Assembly (NCBI GenBank): GCA_963850115.1
Contig: CAWKKG010000033.1
Coordinates: forward strand, 139,204-203,203
Source of the DNA: an uncultured Actinomycetota bacterium
GTDB lineage: Bacteria > Actinomycetota > Actinomycetes > Streptosporangiales > Streptosporangiaceae
Direction: 5' to 3'
Length of the DNA stretch: 64,000 bases
The notes beneath the pieces were generated by a model. That model was not told where the DNA came from, ran no database searches, and worked only from the letters and a program-made list of their open reading frames with translations. The stretch's first letter is position 1; each line of letters starts with the position of its first letter. Positions 30,860 to 41,610 of this stretch are shown in pieces. The position numbers and the translations under genes are program-made.

Positions 30860-33756
30860 GACGGCCACGCGGCATCTACATCGCGCTCGCGCTGCTGACC
30901 CTGTGCGCGGTGTTCGCGGCCACCGCCGGGGTCCGCGAGGCGCTCGCGACGACGACCCGGGCGCTGCGGGCGACCATCGCCGCCGCCCCGCCGTCGGACG
31001 CGAGCATCACGGTCTCGGCCTCGGGCGACGCCGTGGACGGCGCGCTGAACGCCGTCTCACCCTACGGCTTCCAGGTCGGCGGCCTTGCCGATGACCAGGT
31101 CGCCGAGGTCAGCAGCCAGCTCTACGCCGACTACAACGGCTACGGTCACAAAGCCGTCAGCCTCGCGCCGGCCAGCACCGCCTGGGCGTCGCTGACCTCC
31201 GGGCTGATCCTGCTGCCGACCGGGGCGCTGCCCAAGGTGGCCAGCACCCCGGTCAAGCTCGAGGTCACCTACCGGGAGCCGCTTAGCCAGCACATGCGCC
31301 TGGCCGCCGGCCACTTCCCCGCCGCGCCGGCCCCCGACGTCCCCGTGCCCCAATATGGCACCGGCGACCAGCACCAGCAACCCCCGGGCGTCCCTGCCCG
31401 GGGCCCCGCGCTACACGCCGCTGCTCCAGGTGGTGGTGACCAAGCAGACGGCGGCCGTCTTCGGCCTGCGGGTGGGCTCGAAGGTGAAGGTGCCAGGCAC
31501 CGGGGCGCTGACGGCGCTCGCCACGGTCACCCTCCAGGTGAGCGGGATCGTGGTGCCGACGGGCCTGGACTCCTCGTTCTGGGCCAGCGACGTGACCCCG
31601 GTCACCCCGACCCTGCAAGGGCAGAACAGCCTCGCAAAACAGCCCTTCTGGGTCGGCGGGTTCATCCTCGGGCCCGGCGAGGCGTCCGCGCTGCAGGAGG
31701 ACTTCCCGGCCGGGCTGGCGATGCAGTGGGGGTTCCCGCTCCAGCTCGGGGCGATCACCGGGCAGCAGGCGCAGCCGCTCAGCAACGCGCTGACCTCGCT
31801 CACCACGCAGACCCCGGCGCTGTCCGGCGACGTCGAGACGCTGCCCCCCACCCTGAGTGCCTCCTCGCCCCTGCTCAACGTCCTCGCGGCGTACTTCGTG
31901 ACCGCGCAGTCGGTGGACGCGCTGCTCTGGCTGCTGTACGTGAGCCTGACGGTGACGGGGCTCGCGGTGCTGCTGCTGGCCGCGCGCATGGTCGCGCAGC
32001 GCCGGTCGGCCGAGCTCACGGTGGTCAGGGCCCGGGGCGCGTCGCTGGGCCAGGTCGGCTTCGCCACGGGCCGCGCGGCCGCGGCCGTCTGCGTGCCCGC
32101 GGCGGTGATCGCGGCGGCCCTGGCGATCGTCGCCGTCCCCGACGCGGGGCCGGCGCTCCGCGGATCGCCGGGCGGCTGGTGGCCGCAGGCCGCGATCCTC
32201 GCCGTCGCGATCGCCGGCCCGGCCCTGATCGCGGCCTGGCAGCAGCGGCTGCCGCGGCGAATGGCGACCCGCGCGCGTCAGCCGCGGGCCCGGGTGCGGC
32301 TGGTCGCCGAGGTGACCCTGGCGGCCGCCGCGGTGGCCGGGATCGTGGTGTTCCGCCAGCAAGGCACCGTACTTCAACCACCGGCCTCCCAACCACGGGG
32401 GCAGGCGCGGGCGTCAACTTCTACACGAGCGCCGCCCCCGTGCTTGTCGCCGTCCCGGTGGTGATCGTGGTGCTGCGGATCTACCCGTTCGCGGTGCGGG
32501 CCGTGCTGCGCGGCTACGCGCGCTCCTCCGGGGCGCCCGCCTTCCTCGGCCTCGCCCGGGCGGCCCGCAGCTCGCTCACCCCCGCGCTGCCGGCGTTCGC
32601 ACTGGTCCTGGCCCTCACCGTCGCCGCGTTCGCGGGCATGGTCCGCGACGCGGTGACCAACGGCGACGTCGCCGCGTCGTGGAAGGCGGCCGGCGCCGAC
32701 GTGACGGTCAGCGGCGAGTCCGCCTTCCCCGACTTCGCGATACCGCCCGCCGCGGTGCGGGCCATCGGCGCGGTGCCCGGCGTGACGCACGCGGCGGCGG
32801 CGTCGACCTATCCCTGGGAGTCGGCGAACGGCACCCAGCTCACCGTGCTCGCGGTCGACCCGGCGAGCTACGCGGCGCTCGTCGCGGCCGTGCCCGGCGA
32901 TCCGCGGATGCTGGCTTCCGCGCTCGCCGGGCCGGCCACCCCGGGCGCGGCCCAGCCCGTGCTCGCGTCGCCGCAGGCGGCCGCCAGCCTGGGCCGCGGC
33001 TCGACCCTCATCGGCACCACGGCCGCCATCCGTTCGGTCAAGGTCCGGGTGGCGGGGGTGGTCGCCGCGACCCCCGGCTGGCCCGCGGGCGGCGCGTTCC
33101 TCGTCGTGCCGCGCAGCGCGCTGAAGTCGAGCGCGACCCCGCCGGTTTCCGTGCCGGTCACCGAGCTGCTGCTGACCGGTTCCGGCATCGACCGGGCCCG
33201 GCTCGCCGCGGTGCTGCGGGACGACTTGCCGCCGGGCGGTACCGCGATCTACCGCAGCGACGTGCTGGCCACGCTGACCGGCGCGCCGCTCCAGCACGGG
33301 GCGTTCCTGCTGTTCACGCTCTCGGTCGCGCTGGCCGCGGTGCTCGGGCTCGCGGTCATGTTCCTTGAGCTCGCGCTGGGCGCGGCCGAGCGCGAGGCGA
33401 CTCTGGCCCGGCTGGCCACGATGGGCCTCGGCGAGGGACAGCGGGCCCGGGTGGTCGCGCTTGAGGTGCTGCCCGCGGTGATCGCGGCGGCGGTCGCCGC
33501 GTGGGCGTGCGCGCTCGTGCTGCCCCGGGTGGTGGCGCCGGCGATCAACCTCTCGGTGTTCACGAGCACGCCGGTCTCCGTGCCGCTGGCGCCCAACGCG
33601 AGCAGCTTCGTCGGCTCGGTGCCCCTGGTGCCCGACGTCGCCTCCGTCGCGCTTCCGCTGGCGGGCCTCATCGTGATCGCCGCGGTGTCACTCGGGATCG
33701 AGATCAGGTCGGGCCGGCGGCGCGGCGTCACGACCGCCTTGCGGATCGGCGGATAG
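30856..33756 (+). CDS. Second large FtsX-like ABC permease (frameshifts near 31360 and 32370)
   Basis: RRSAELTVVRARGAS, SWKAAGADV, REATLARLATMG; ATGA overlap with the previous gene. Confidence 0.85.
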   Translation: MRRPRGIYIALALLTLCAVFAATAGVREALATTTRALRATIAAAPPSDASITVSASGDAVDGALNAVSPYGFQVGGLADDQVAEVSSQLYADYNGYGHKAVSLAPASTAWASLTSGLILLPTGALPKVASTPVKLEVTYREPLSQHMRLAAGHFPAAPAPDVPVPQYGTGDQHQQPPGVPARGPALHAAAPGGGDQADGGRLRPAGGLEGEGARHRGADGARHGHPPGERDRGADGPGLLVLGQRRDPGHPDPARAEQPRKTALLGRRVHPRARRGVRAAGGLPGRAGDAVGVPAPARGDHRAAGAAAQQRADLAHHADPGAVRRRRDAAPHPECLLAPAQRPRGVLRDRAVGGRAALAAVREPDGDGARGAAAGRAHGRAAPVGRAHGGQGPGRVAGPGRLRHGPRGRGRLRARGGDRGGPGDRRRPRRGAGAPRIAGRLVAAGRDPRRRDRRPGPDRGLAAAAAAANGDPRASAAGPGAAGRRGDPGGRRGGRDRGVPPARHRTSTTGLPTTGAGAGVNFYTSAAPVLVAVPVVIVVLRIYPFAVRAVLRGYARSSGAPAFLGLARAARSSLTPALPAFALVLALTVAAFAGMVRDAVTNGDVAASWKAAGADVTVSGESAFPDFAIPPAAVRAIGAVPGVTHAAAASTYPWESANGTQLTVLAVDPASYAALVAAVPGDPRMLASALAGPATPGAAQPVLASPQAAASLGRGSTLIGTTAAIRSVKVRVAGVVAATPGWPAGGAFLVVPRSALKSSATPPVSVPVTELLLTGSGIDRARLAAVLRDDLPPGGTAIYRSDVLATLTGAPLQHGAFLLFTLSVALAAVLGLAVMFLELALGAAEREATLARLATMGLGEGQRARVVALEVLPAVIAAAVAAWACALVLPRVVAPAINLSVFTSTPVSVPLAPNASSFVGSVPLVPDVASVALPLAGLIVIAAVSLGIEIRSGRRRGVTTALRIGG

Positions 33757-33840
33757 GGGCGGACAGGGAATGAGCGGGCCGATGGACGAGCAGATGGTAT
33801 GGCCGGATACTCAAAGCACGAGCACGGAGGAGCGCGACAA

Positions 33841-34565
33841 GTGAGCGGACAAGAGACCGAGCCGGGTCACCCCGCCGCGGGCGGTGTCGCCACCGCGCCC
33901 ATGGTGGACGTGCGCGACGTGACCCGCACGTACGGGAGCGGCCCGACGGCGACGGCCGCGCTGCGCGGCGTGACGTTCGCGATCGGCGAGGGGCGGCTCG
34001 TCGCGCTGCGCGGCCGGTCGGGTTCCGGCAAGACCACCCTGCTGAACGTCGTCGGCGGGCTCGACTCCCCCGACGGCGGCACCGTGCACGTGGCCGGCCG
34101 GGACGTGACCGCGATGGGCGAGCGGGACCGGATGCGGCTGCGGCGGGAGACGGTCGCGTACATCTTCCAGTCGTTCGGCCTGCTGCCGGTGCTGTCGGCG
34201 GCGGAGAACGTGGGCGTCCCGCTGCGCATCGCGGGCATGGCCCCGCGGGAGCGGGAAGAGCGGGTGGCGCTCATGCTGTCGATCGTCGGGCTCGCGGGCC
34301 ACGCCAGGCAGCGGCCAGGCGAGCTGTCCGGCGGCCAGCAGCAGCGCGTCGCGATCGCCCGCGCGCTCGCCAGCCGGCCCTGCTCCTGGCGGACGAGCCC
34401 ACCGGCCAGCTGGACGCCGAAACCGGCAAGCAGATCATGCGTCTGCTGCGCACGGTGGTCCGCTCCGAGGGCGTCACGGCCCTGGTGGCCACCCACGACC
34501 CCGCCCTCATCGAGCTGGCCGACGAGGTCCTCCGCCTGGAGGACGGCAAGATCGTCACCGACTAG
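33841..34565 (+). CDS. ABC ATP-binding protein (frameshift near 34380)
   Basis: GRSGSGKTT, LSGGQQQRV, then LLADEPTGQLD..ATHD in the shifted frame. Confidence 0.9.
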
Positions 34566-34625
34566 GCTCCCGCCTCCACGCTGCGCCCGTTTCGCCCCAA
34601 ATGCCCCAAGGGCCTGGAGTCCCGG

Positions 34626-34682
34626 TTCATGATTGTGTGAGTCCTGAACGCCATGGACGTTCAGAACTCACACAATCATGAA
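34626..34682. repeat. Long intergenic palindrome between convergent genes
   Basis: TTCATGATTGTGTGAGTcCTGAACG-ccatgga-CGTTCAGaACTCACACAATCATGAA, 25-bp arms with one mismatch. Confidence 0.85.
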
Positions 34683-34697
34683 TGGTGAGGCCGCCGG

Positions 34698-35681
34698 TCA
34701 CACCACCGTGGTGCCGGTGGTGGCGGTGAGGTTCGAGTAGAGCTCTGTTAGATGCTTGGTCACCGGGCCGACCGCGCCATCCCCGATCAGCCGCCCGTCC
34801 ACCGACACCACCGGGGCCAGGCCGCCCATCGTGCCGGTGACGAACACCTCGGACGCGTTGTAAAGCTGCGGAAGGCGTGTAATCCCCCTCGAGCGTCGCG
34901 ATCCCGGCGGACGACGCCAGCCGCAGCACGGTCGCCCGGGTGATCCCCTCCGGGCAGGCCACCGTCGTCGGCGTCGCCAGCGTCGCGTCGGCGAAGGCCA
35001 CGGTGCCGGGCGAGCCCAGCCGGCTCGCGCCGCCAGGTCGGCCGGGCTCGAAGCCGACGAAACGTCGCGCGGCAGCACCAGGAAGAGGTGGGTCGCGTTC
35101 GTTTCCGCGATGAAGCCCCGGCCGTCCAGCATGACCGCGTCGTCGGCGCCCGCCACGTTCGCCTCGATCTTGGCGAGGATGGAGGTCAGCAGGTTGTTGT
35201 GGTGGATCTTCGGGTCCAGCGAGTCCGGCGCGTGCCGCCGGACGCTCGACGTGACCAGCCGGATCCCCGACTGGTCGTAGACGGGGTCCTTGAACTCGGC
35301 CAGCACGATCAGCGTGGGACCGTAGACGTTCAGCCGCGGGTCCATGCCCGAGGTCACCTTGACGCCGCGGGTGAGCGTCAGCCGGATGTGCACCCCCGTG
35401 CGCATCGAGTTGGCCGCCAGCGTGCGCCGGATCTCGGCGGTGATCAACTCGTCAGAAGGCACCGACGCGAAGCCCAGGGCGTGCGCCGACCGGCGCAGCC
35501 GCGCCAGGTGCTCGTCAAGCCCGAAGATCCGGCCGTTGGTCAGCCGCAGGCCCTCCCAAACCGCGTCGCCGCCCTGGACCACGGAGTCGAACGGGGACAC
35601 GCCCGCCTCGTCCCGGTGGGACAGGCGGCCGCCCACGTTGACGATCAGGTCGCGGTTGCGCTCGTCGAACTTCTGCAGCAA
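34698..35681 (-). CDS. Class IV (fold type IV) PLP aminotransferase-like protein (frameshifted)
   Basis: GDAVWEGLR, LDPKIHHNNL, AETNATH, CPEGITR, EVFVTGTMG. Confidence 0.88.
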   Translation of the reverse strand: MLQKFDERNRDLIVNVGGRLSHRDEAGVSPFDSVVQGGDAVWEGLRLTNGRIFGLDEHLARLRRSAHALGFASVPSDELITAEIRRTLAANSMRTGVHIRLTLTRGVKVTSGMDPRLNVYGPTLIVLAEFKDPVYDQSGIRLVTSSVRRHAPDSLDPKIHHNNLLTSILAKIEANVAGADDAVMLDGRGFIAETNATHLFLVLPRDVSSASSPADLAARAGWARPAPWPSPTRRWRRRRRWPARRGSPGRPCCGWRRPPGSRRSRGITRLPQLYNASEVFVTGTMGGLAPVVSVDGRLIGDGAVGPVTKHLTELYSNLTATTGTTVV

Positions 35682-35718
35682 TTTGAGACGCCCCCCGAGT
35701 CAGCCGCCGACGTTCGGA

Positions 35719-36439
35719 CTATCGATGCTTGATCTTATTTTCTCGCAGTTTCTCGTAGTAAGGCAGGCAGTCCGCCAGCAGCGGCTCGAGCGCCGGGTCA
35801 AGCGGCGGCGGCGGTCCCGGCGCGACCGGGACGAACCCGGTCGACCGCCAGACGCTGTCGTACCAGTAGGGCGCCCACACGCCGTCGGAGGAGCGCGGCC
35901 CAGCCGGCCAGGACAGCATCGCCGGGGAGAACGGCACCCCGAGCGCGGCGCACAGCGCCCGCAGGGCCCCCTCGGGGCAGGCGAGCAGGTCCGCCGAGTC
36001 GATCACCGGCCCGCCGAAGTGCTCGAACAGCTCCGCCTGCTGCCGCAGCCCCAGGTCGGAGCAGGGTCGGCGCGGACCGGACGCGGGCGTAGGAGGCGAG
36101 CAGCGAGCGCGGGTCCCTGATCAGGAACGCGTGCCGGAACGGCGCGAACGCGGCCAGGTCGACCGACGGCAGCACGTGGTGCGTCATGTGCTTGGCGTAG
36201 GAGATCGTCACCCCGTCGGGCACCGGCGCGGACGCCAGGGACTCCACCACGGCCCGCCACGAGGTCGGCTGGCTCGCGATCACCTCGTTACGGCCCGGAT
36301 GATCGATGCCGGTCGCCGACAGGTAGAACGCGTACAGCGGCTCGTCGGCCACCACGGTGTCCGGCCGGTTCTCCCAGGCGCGCATCATCGCCGTGGACAG
36401 GGTTCGCGGTCCCGACCACATCGCGATCCTGGCCGTCAC
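35719..36439 (-). CDS. Sulfotransferase-like P-loop protein (frameshift near 36060)
   Basis: [48 protein letters not shown]. Confidence 0.82.
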
Positions 36440-36444
36440 CCCGT

Positions 36445-37531
36445 TCAGAAAATCACCACGCTGCGCAGCACGTCGCCGTGCTCCATCTTGGTGAACGCCG
36501 CCTCGATGTCGCCGAGCCCGATCGTCTCGGAAACGAACTTCTCCAGCGGCAGCCGCCCCTGCAGGTGCAGGTCGACGAGCATCGGGAAGTCGCGGGAAGG
36601 CAGGCAGTCCCCGTACCAGGAGGACTTGAGCGCGCCGCCCCGGCCGAACACCTCGAGCAGCGGCAGGTCCAGTTGCATGTCCGGGGTGGGCACGCCGACC
36701 AGCACGACGACGCCGGCCAGGTCGCGGCCGAAGAACGCCTGCTTGTAGGTCTCCGGCCGCCCGATCGCCTCGACCACGACGTCGGCGCCGAAGCCGCCGG
36801 TCAGTTCCCTGATCCCCTCGACCGCGTCCGTGTTGCGCGAGTTGATCACGTGCGTGGCGCCGAACTCGCGCGCCCACTGCGAGCTTCCGGTCGTCGACGT
36901 CCACCGCGATGATCGTCTTCGCGCCGGCCAGCCGGGCGCCGAGCACCGCCCCGTCGCCCACGCCGCCGCAGCCGATCACGGCGACCGTGTCGCCGCGGGT
37001 GACGCCGCCGGTGTTGATCGCCGCGCCGATGCCCGCCATCACCCCGCAGCCGAGCAGGCCCGCGGTCGCGGGGGCGATGGCCGGGTCGACCTTCGTGCAC
37101 TGGCCGGACGCGACCAGCGTCTTCTCCGCGAACGCGCCGATGCCGAGCGCGGGCGACAGCGGCGTGCCGTCGGCGAGGGTCATCTTCTGGGTCGCGTTGT
37201 GGGTCGCGAAGCAGTACCACGGGCGGCCCCGCGCGCAGGCGCGGCACTGGCCGCAGACCGCGCGCCAGTTGAGGATGACGAAGTCCCCGGGCGCCACGTC
37301 GGTCACGTCGTCACCGACCGCCTCGACGACCCCGGCCGCCTCGTGCCCGAGCAGGTACGGGAAGTCGTCGCCGATGCCGCCCATCTTGTAGTGCAGGTCG
37401 GTGTGGCAGACGCCGCACGCCTGGACGCGGACGAGCGCCTCACCCGGGCCCGGGTCGGGCACGAGCACCTCGGTGACCTGAACCGGCTCGCCCTTGCCCC
37501 GCGCCACCACGCCCTGCACGCTGCTCGCCAT
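36445..37531 (-). CDS. mscR: S-(hydroxymethyl)mycothiol dehydrogenase (frameshift near 36880)
   Basis: [46 protein letters not shown]. Confidence 0.92.
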
Positions 37532-37683
37532 CCCGTGGCTCCTGTTCTCTCACTAAGTCAAAGGCATCATTCCGAACGGATGCGTCGCTTCGCCCCACCC
37601 GCCTACGGCATTCTCCGCCACGGGGAGGCGGCCCGTACAGCACCCGCGGCCGCCGTGCCGCAGTCTCCCGGCCGGGCGACGGA

Positions 37684-38189
37684 TCAGGGCGGCGTCTGCT
37701 CCGGCGGAGCGTCCGCCGGAAGAACAGCGGCTGGGCCAGGCCACCGAACCGGTGCATCAGCCTCGGCCCGCGCGGCACGCCGGCCAGCCGCGGGTTCCAG
37801 TGCAGGAACGTGAACCCGAGACGGTAGGCGAGCAGCCCGTCGGTGGGCACCTGGTCGCCGACCACCGCCCCGGGCCCGGGCAGCCCGCGGTACGGCGCCG
37901 TCCGCAGCGGCTTGCCCGCGGAGGCGAGGTAGCGCACCCGCACGCCGGGGACCGGCGGGAGCGCCGTGGGCCTGCGGGTCGGAGTTGGTGGCGAAGACCA
38001 GGACCTGCAGCTCCGGAACCTCGTCGAGCTCGGCGAGGATCGCCGCGATGCCCCGGTCGAGCGCCTGCTGGCCGCTGTCCCACCATGCGACCAGGGGCTC
38101 CACGTCGAAGATCATCGTCCGCACCGACAGCTCCCGGCGCGCGCCAGCACGCCGCGAAGCTCGGTGAGCTGTTCGTAAGCGGCCGGCAT
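37684..38189 (-). CDS. YqeG-like HAD phosphatase fold protein (frameshifted)
   Basis: MIFDVEPLV, FATNS, AGKP, VVGDQVPTDG resemble HAD IIIA motifs I-IV. Confidence 0.6.
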
Positions 38190-38200
38190 CAGGCACCTGC

Positions 38201-39594
38201 TTAGCCGTGTCCTCGTGGTCCGTTTCGAGGGCGGGCCGGCCGGCAGGCCGGCGGGGTGCCGGCCGACGCTGCCACGACGCCAGGCGCCAGCAGCCGGGGC
38301 AGGCTGATCGCTGGCTTGGGCGGCGGCACCCCTGGGCGGTCCCGCGGCACCCGCACCCGCAGCGCGCCGGGGCGGATCGTGCAGCTGCACGGGCACCGGC
38401 AGCGACACGGACTCCCCGTCGATGCCGACCGGTATCCGGTCGGAGTCGCTGGTCACGACGACGGTCCGGGCGGTCAGCACGCGCACGCCGGCCGAGTGCC
38501 TGCCGCGCAGCAGGTCGACCGCCTGCGCGCGCGCTGCCCACCGTGACGGCCACCACGCCGAGCACGCCGCGGTCAAGCCGCGCGCGGCGGCCAAGGCCCG
38601 CGATGTCCCCGGTCTCGTAGGGGTTGCTCGCCACCAGCAGCGCCTGCGGCCCCTCGATCGTCTCGCCGTCCGCGACCGCGGAGAACCGGGTGCCGCGCTG
38701 TCCCTGGAGCAGTTCGGGCAGCGTGTCCAGGGTGGTGCGCAGCTTGTCGTCGCGGTAGGCGGGCGTCCGCACGACCTCGGCGTAAGCTCCGAACGACACG
38801 TTGTTGACGAACGTCTGCCCGCTGATCACGCCGAGGTCGACGTGCAGTTCGACGCCGTCGGACAGCGCGCGCAGGCACGCCACCGGATCCGCGCGGTCCA
38901 GGCCCAGGTCAAGCGCGAAGTGGTTGCGGGTGCCCGCGGTGATCACCAGGAACGGGATGCCGTGCTCGGCGGCGACGCCGGCCACCAGCGCCTGGGTGCC
39001 GTCGCCGCCCGCGACGCCGAGCAGGTCGGCGCCGCCCGCGACCGCCTGCCGCGCGACCGCGGCCACGTCGACGGGCCGGGGCCGCTCATCAGGAACACCT
39101 CCGCGCCCAGCGCCTCCGCCTTGCGCTGCAGGTCGAACTTGCCCACCTTCCCGCCGCCGGATCTCGGGTTCATGATCAGGAACGGGTGCCGGGCCGGCAC
39201 CGCCGCGAACTCGGGCATCCGCCAGTCCGCCTTGTCCTCGGCCAGCGCCGCGCGGCCGGTCACGCCGGCCAGCAGCCAGGCCGCCGCGGCAACCGCCGCC
39301 ACCCACAGCAGGTTGGCGAACGCGTAAATCACCAGCACCGCGACCGGCGTCGCGGCGAAAACCGCCAGCGCCAGCCAGCGCAGCACGCCCCGCCGGGACA
39401 GCACGAAGAAGGCGGACGTGAGGCTGACCGCCGCGGCGGCCAGCGCCCACCGCGAACATGACGAGGCTCCTCCATTCCGCGAAGGCCACGACCACGGCGA
39501 CCGCGAGGAAGGCCAGCACGAAACTCAGCCGGGCCAGCCATCGCTTACCGGGGCTGGCCGCGTCGTCGGGTGGATCCGCGGGCCGGTTGGGCAT
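38201..39594 (-). CDS. Membrane-anchored diacylglycerol/lipid kinase family protein (frameshifted)
   Basis: N-terminal TMs; IMNPRSGGG, AGGDGT, AGTRNHFA, FVNNVSFG, GIDGE. Confidence 0.85.
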
Positions 39595-39648
39595 AGCAAC
39601 ATGGTGACCCGGCGGCGGCGGCCGCATGTCACCCGCCCCGGGTGAGGG

Positions 39649-40902
39649 CTAGACGCGGTCGGCCGCGCGCCCGCGCCAGGAGACGGCCCGGCCCGAGTAG
39701 TGACGGCGCGCCGAGTCGGCGGTCATGGCGGCGTACAGCAGGGCGATCAGCGGAAGGGCGGGCGCGCGGAGCGCGGACAGCCGGTACAACCGGAGCATCG
39801 GGACGTAGCTGGCGGTCATCAGCGCCCAGCCCGTCAGCCCGGCCAGGCCCGCGAGCGCCGTGGCCGGTGCCGCCGCCCCCCGCCGCGGTCGACGATGAGG
39901 GCGGCGATCGCCCCGGCCGGCGGCGCGACGTAGAGCAGCAGGAGCCCGGCGATCGTGCCCGCGAGCAGCAGCGGGTTGTACCTGAGCTGCACGTACGCGG
40001 ACCTGGCGATCATGTGCCAGAGGCTGGCCAGGCTCGGGTAGGGGCGGGCGCTCCTGATGTCCGTGGTCAGGCCGAGCCAGGTGCGGTTGCCGTGCCGCTT
40101 GAGCAGGGTGCCGAGCGCCACGTCGTCGATCAGCGCGCCCTTGACCGGCACCAGGCCGCCGGCCTGCTCGAGCGCGGACCGCCGGACGAGCATGCAGCCG
40201 CCCGCCGCCGCCGCGGTCCCGCTCTTCGGGTCATTGACCTTGCGGAACGGGTAGAGCTGGGCGAAGAAGTAGACGAAGGCGGGCACGATCACCCGCTCCC
40301 AGCGGGCCTGCGCGCGCAGCAGGGCCATCTGCGAGACGAGGGCCCGGTCGTCGCCTTCCGCGCTCTCGACCAGGTCGCGGAGCGCGGTCGGGGCCCAGCC
40401 GATGTCGGCGTCGGTGAACAGCACGTACTCCGGCGGGGTCGCGGCCACCGCCGCCGGTGTCGCCGTCCCGGCGCTGCCGCCCCGGTGGCGGCCGCAAGGC
40501 CCTGCGCCATCGCCCAGACCTTGCCCGCCCAGCCGTCCGGCCTCGGCTGGCCCTTGACCACGGTCAGCGGCGCGCCGCCGTCGCGGGCGGCCTTCTCCCC
40601 GAGTTCGGCCGCGACGGCGCCGGTGCCGTCGTCGCTGTTGTCATCGACGAGGAAGACGCGGAAGTCGCCCGGGTAGTCCTGCGGCGAGCAGCCCGGCAGC
40701 GTCGCCGGCAGGGACTCCGCCTCGTTCCGCGCCGGGACGACGGCGGCGACCGGCCGGCCAGGCCCGGCCGCACTGGCCTTCGCACTGGTCTTCGCACGGG
40801 CGCGCGGCAGCCGCTGGCTGGTCAGCCAGAAGCCGCCGTGCGCCGCCACCAGGTACGCCCAGGCGGCGGCGCTGATCACACAGGCGATCCGAGTCCAAGC
40901 AC
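39649..40902 (-). CDS. GT2 glycosyltransferase, HpnB-like (frameshifted)
   Basis: HGGFW, VVPARNEA, VDDNSDDGT, GWAGKVWA, FTDADI, GALIDDV, ARSAYVQL. Confidence 0.85.
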
Positions 40903-41149
40903 AGACCGAAGTTTTCCACAGCCGCGGGCCCCGCCGCAGACCCGCCTCGCTCTCCCGCGCCGGCTGGAGACGGGCCTGCGGGCGGCGCGATTTACCCGGT
41001 AATTCCCGCCATAAACGACAACCGCGCCCCCGCGATCGCGGAAGTGATTTTTCCGCAGGACCTGTTCGCGCGTTACGCGTGAGTCCCTGTGGAAAAGCTT
41101 CCGTAATCGGGGGGCGCGGTGCGCGCCAATGGGCCTTAAGCGGCTGGAT

Positions 41150-41407
41150 TTAGCCGTTCGCGCTGCCGGTCAGCGGGCGCATCGAGCGGCGACCCTCGTA
41201 CCCGGAAGACCGGGGAAGACGCACCGTGCCGGCCCGGACGGGCACCGGGCGGGGCGTGCGGCTGGGCGTCATGTAGGCCGGCACGCTGGGGGTTTCGTGC
41301 TTACCGTGCCAGTCGTGGCGGCGCAGCACCAGCCACAGCGGGATCCCGGCCATGAGCCCGAAAGCGAGCACCATCAGCGGGATATTCATCCACAGGATAG
41401 TGGACAT
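41150..41407 (-). CDS. Small single-pass membrane protein
   Basis: AAGGAGG RBS; MSTILWMNIPLMVLAFGLMAGIPLWLVLRR followed by an Arg/Pro-rich tail. Confidence 0.75.
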   Translation of the reverse strand: MSTILWMNIPLMVLAFGLMAGIPLWLVLRRHDWHGKHETPSVPAYMTPSRTPRPVPVRAGTVRLPRSSGYEGRRSMRPLTGSANG

Positions 41408-41610
41408 CTTACCTCCTTTGGCCCACTTTCCTCCGCAGGCCTTTCCTTGTCACGCTCTAGACTGCCCGACTGGAATCAGGAGACACGAAAATTGCGCTAT
41501 GGCGAATCTCTGCATCCCGGCCGTTCCTCTGAGGTGCCTATGCATCCGCGATGCAGCGGAATAGCGGGTAAATAGCCACCTTGGCCGGGACCTACTGACC
41601 GTGGTCGAGG

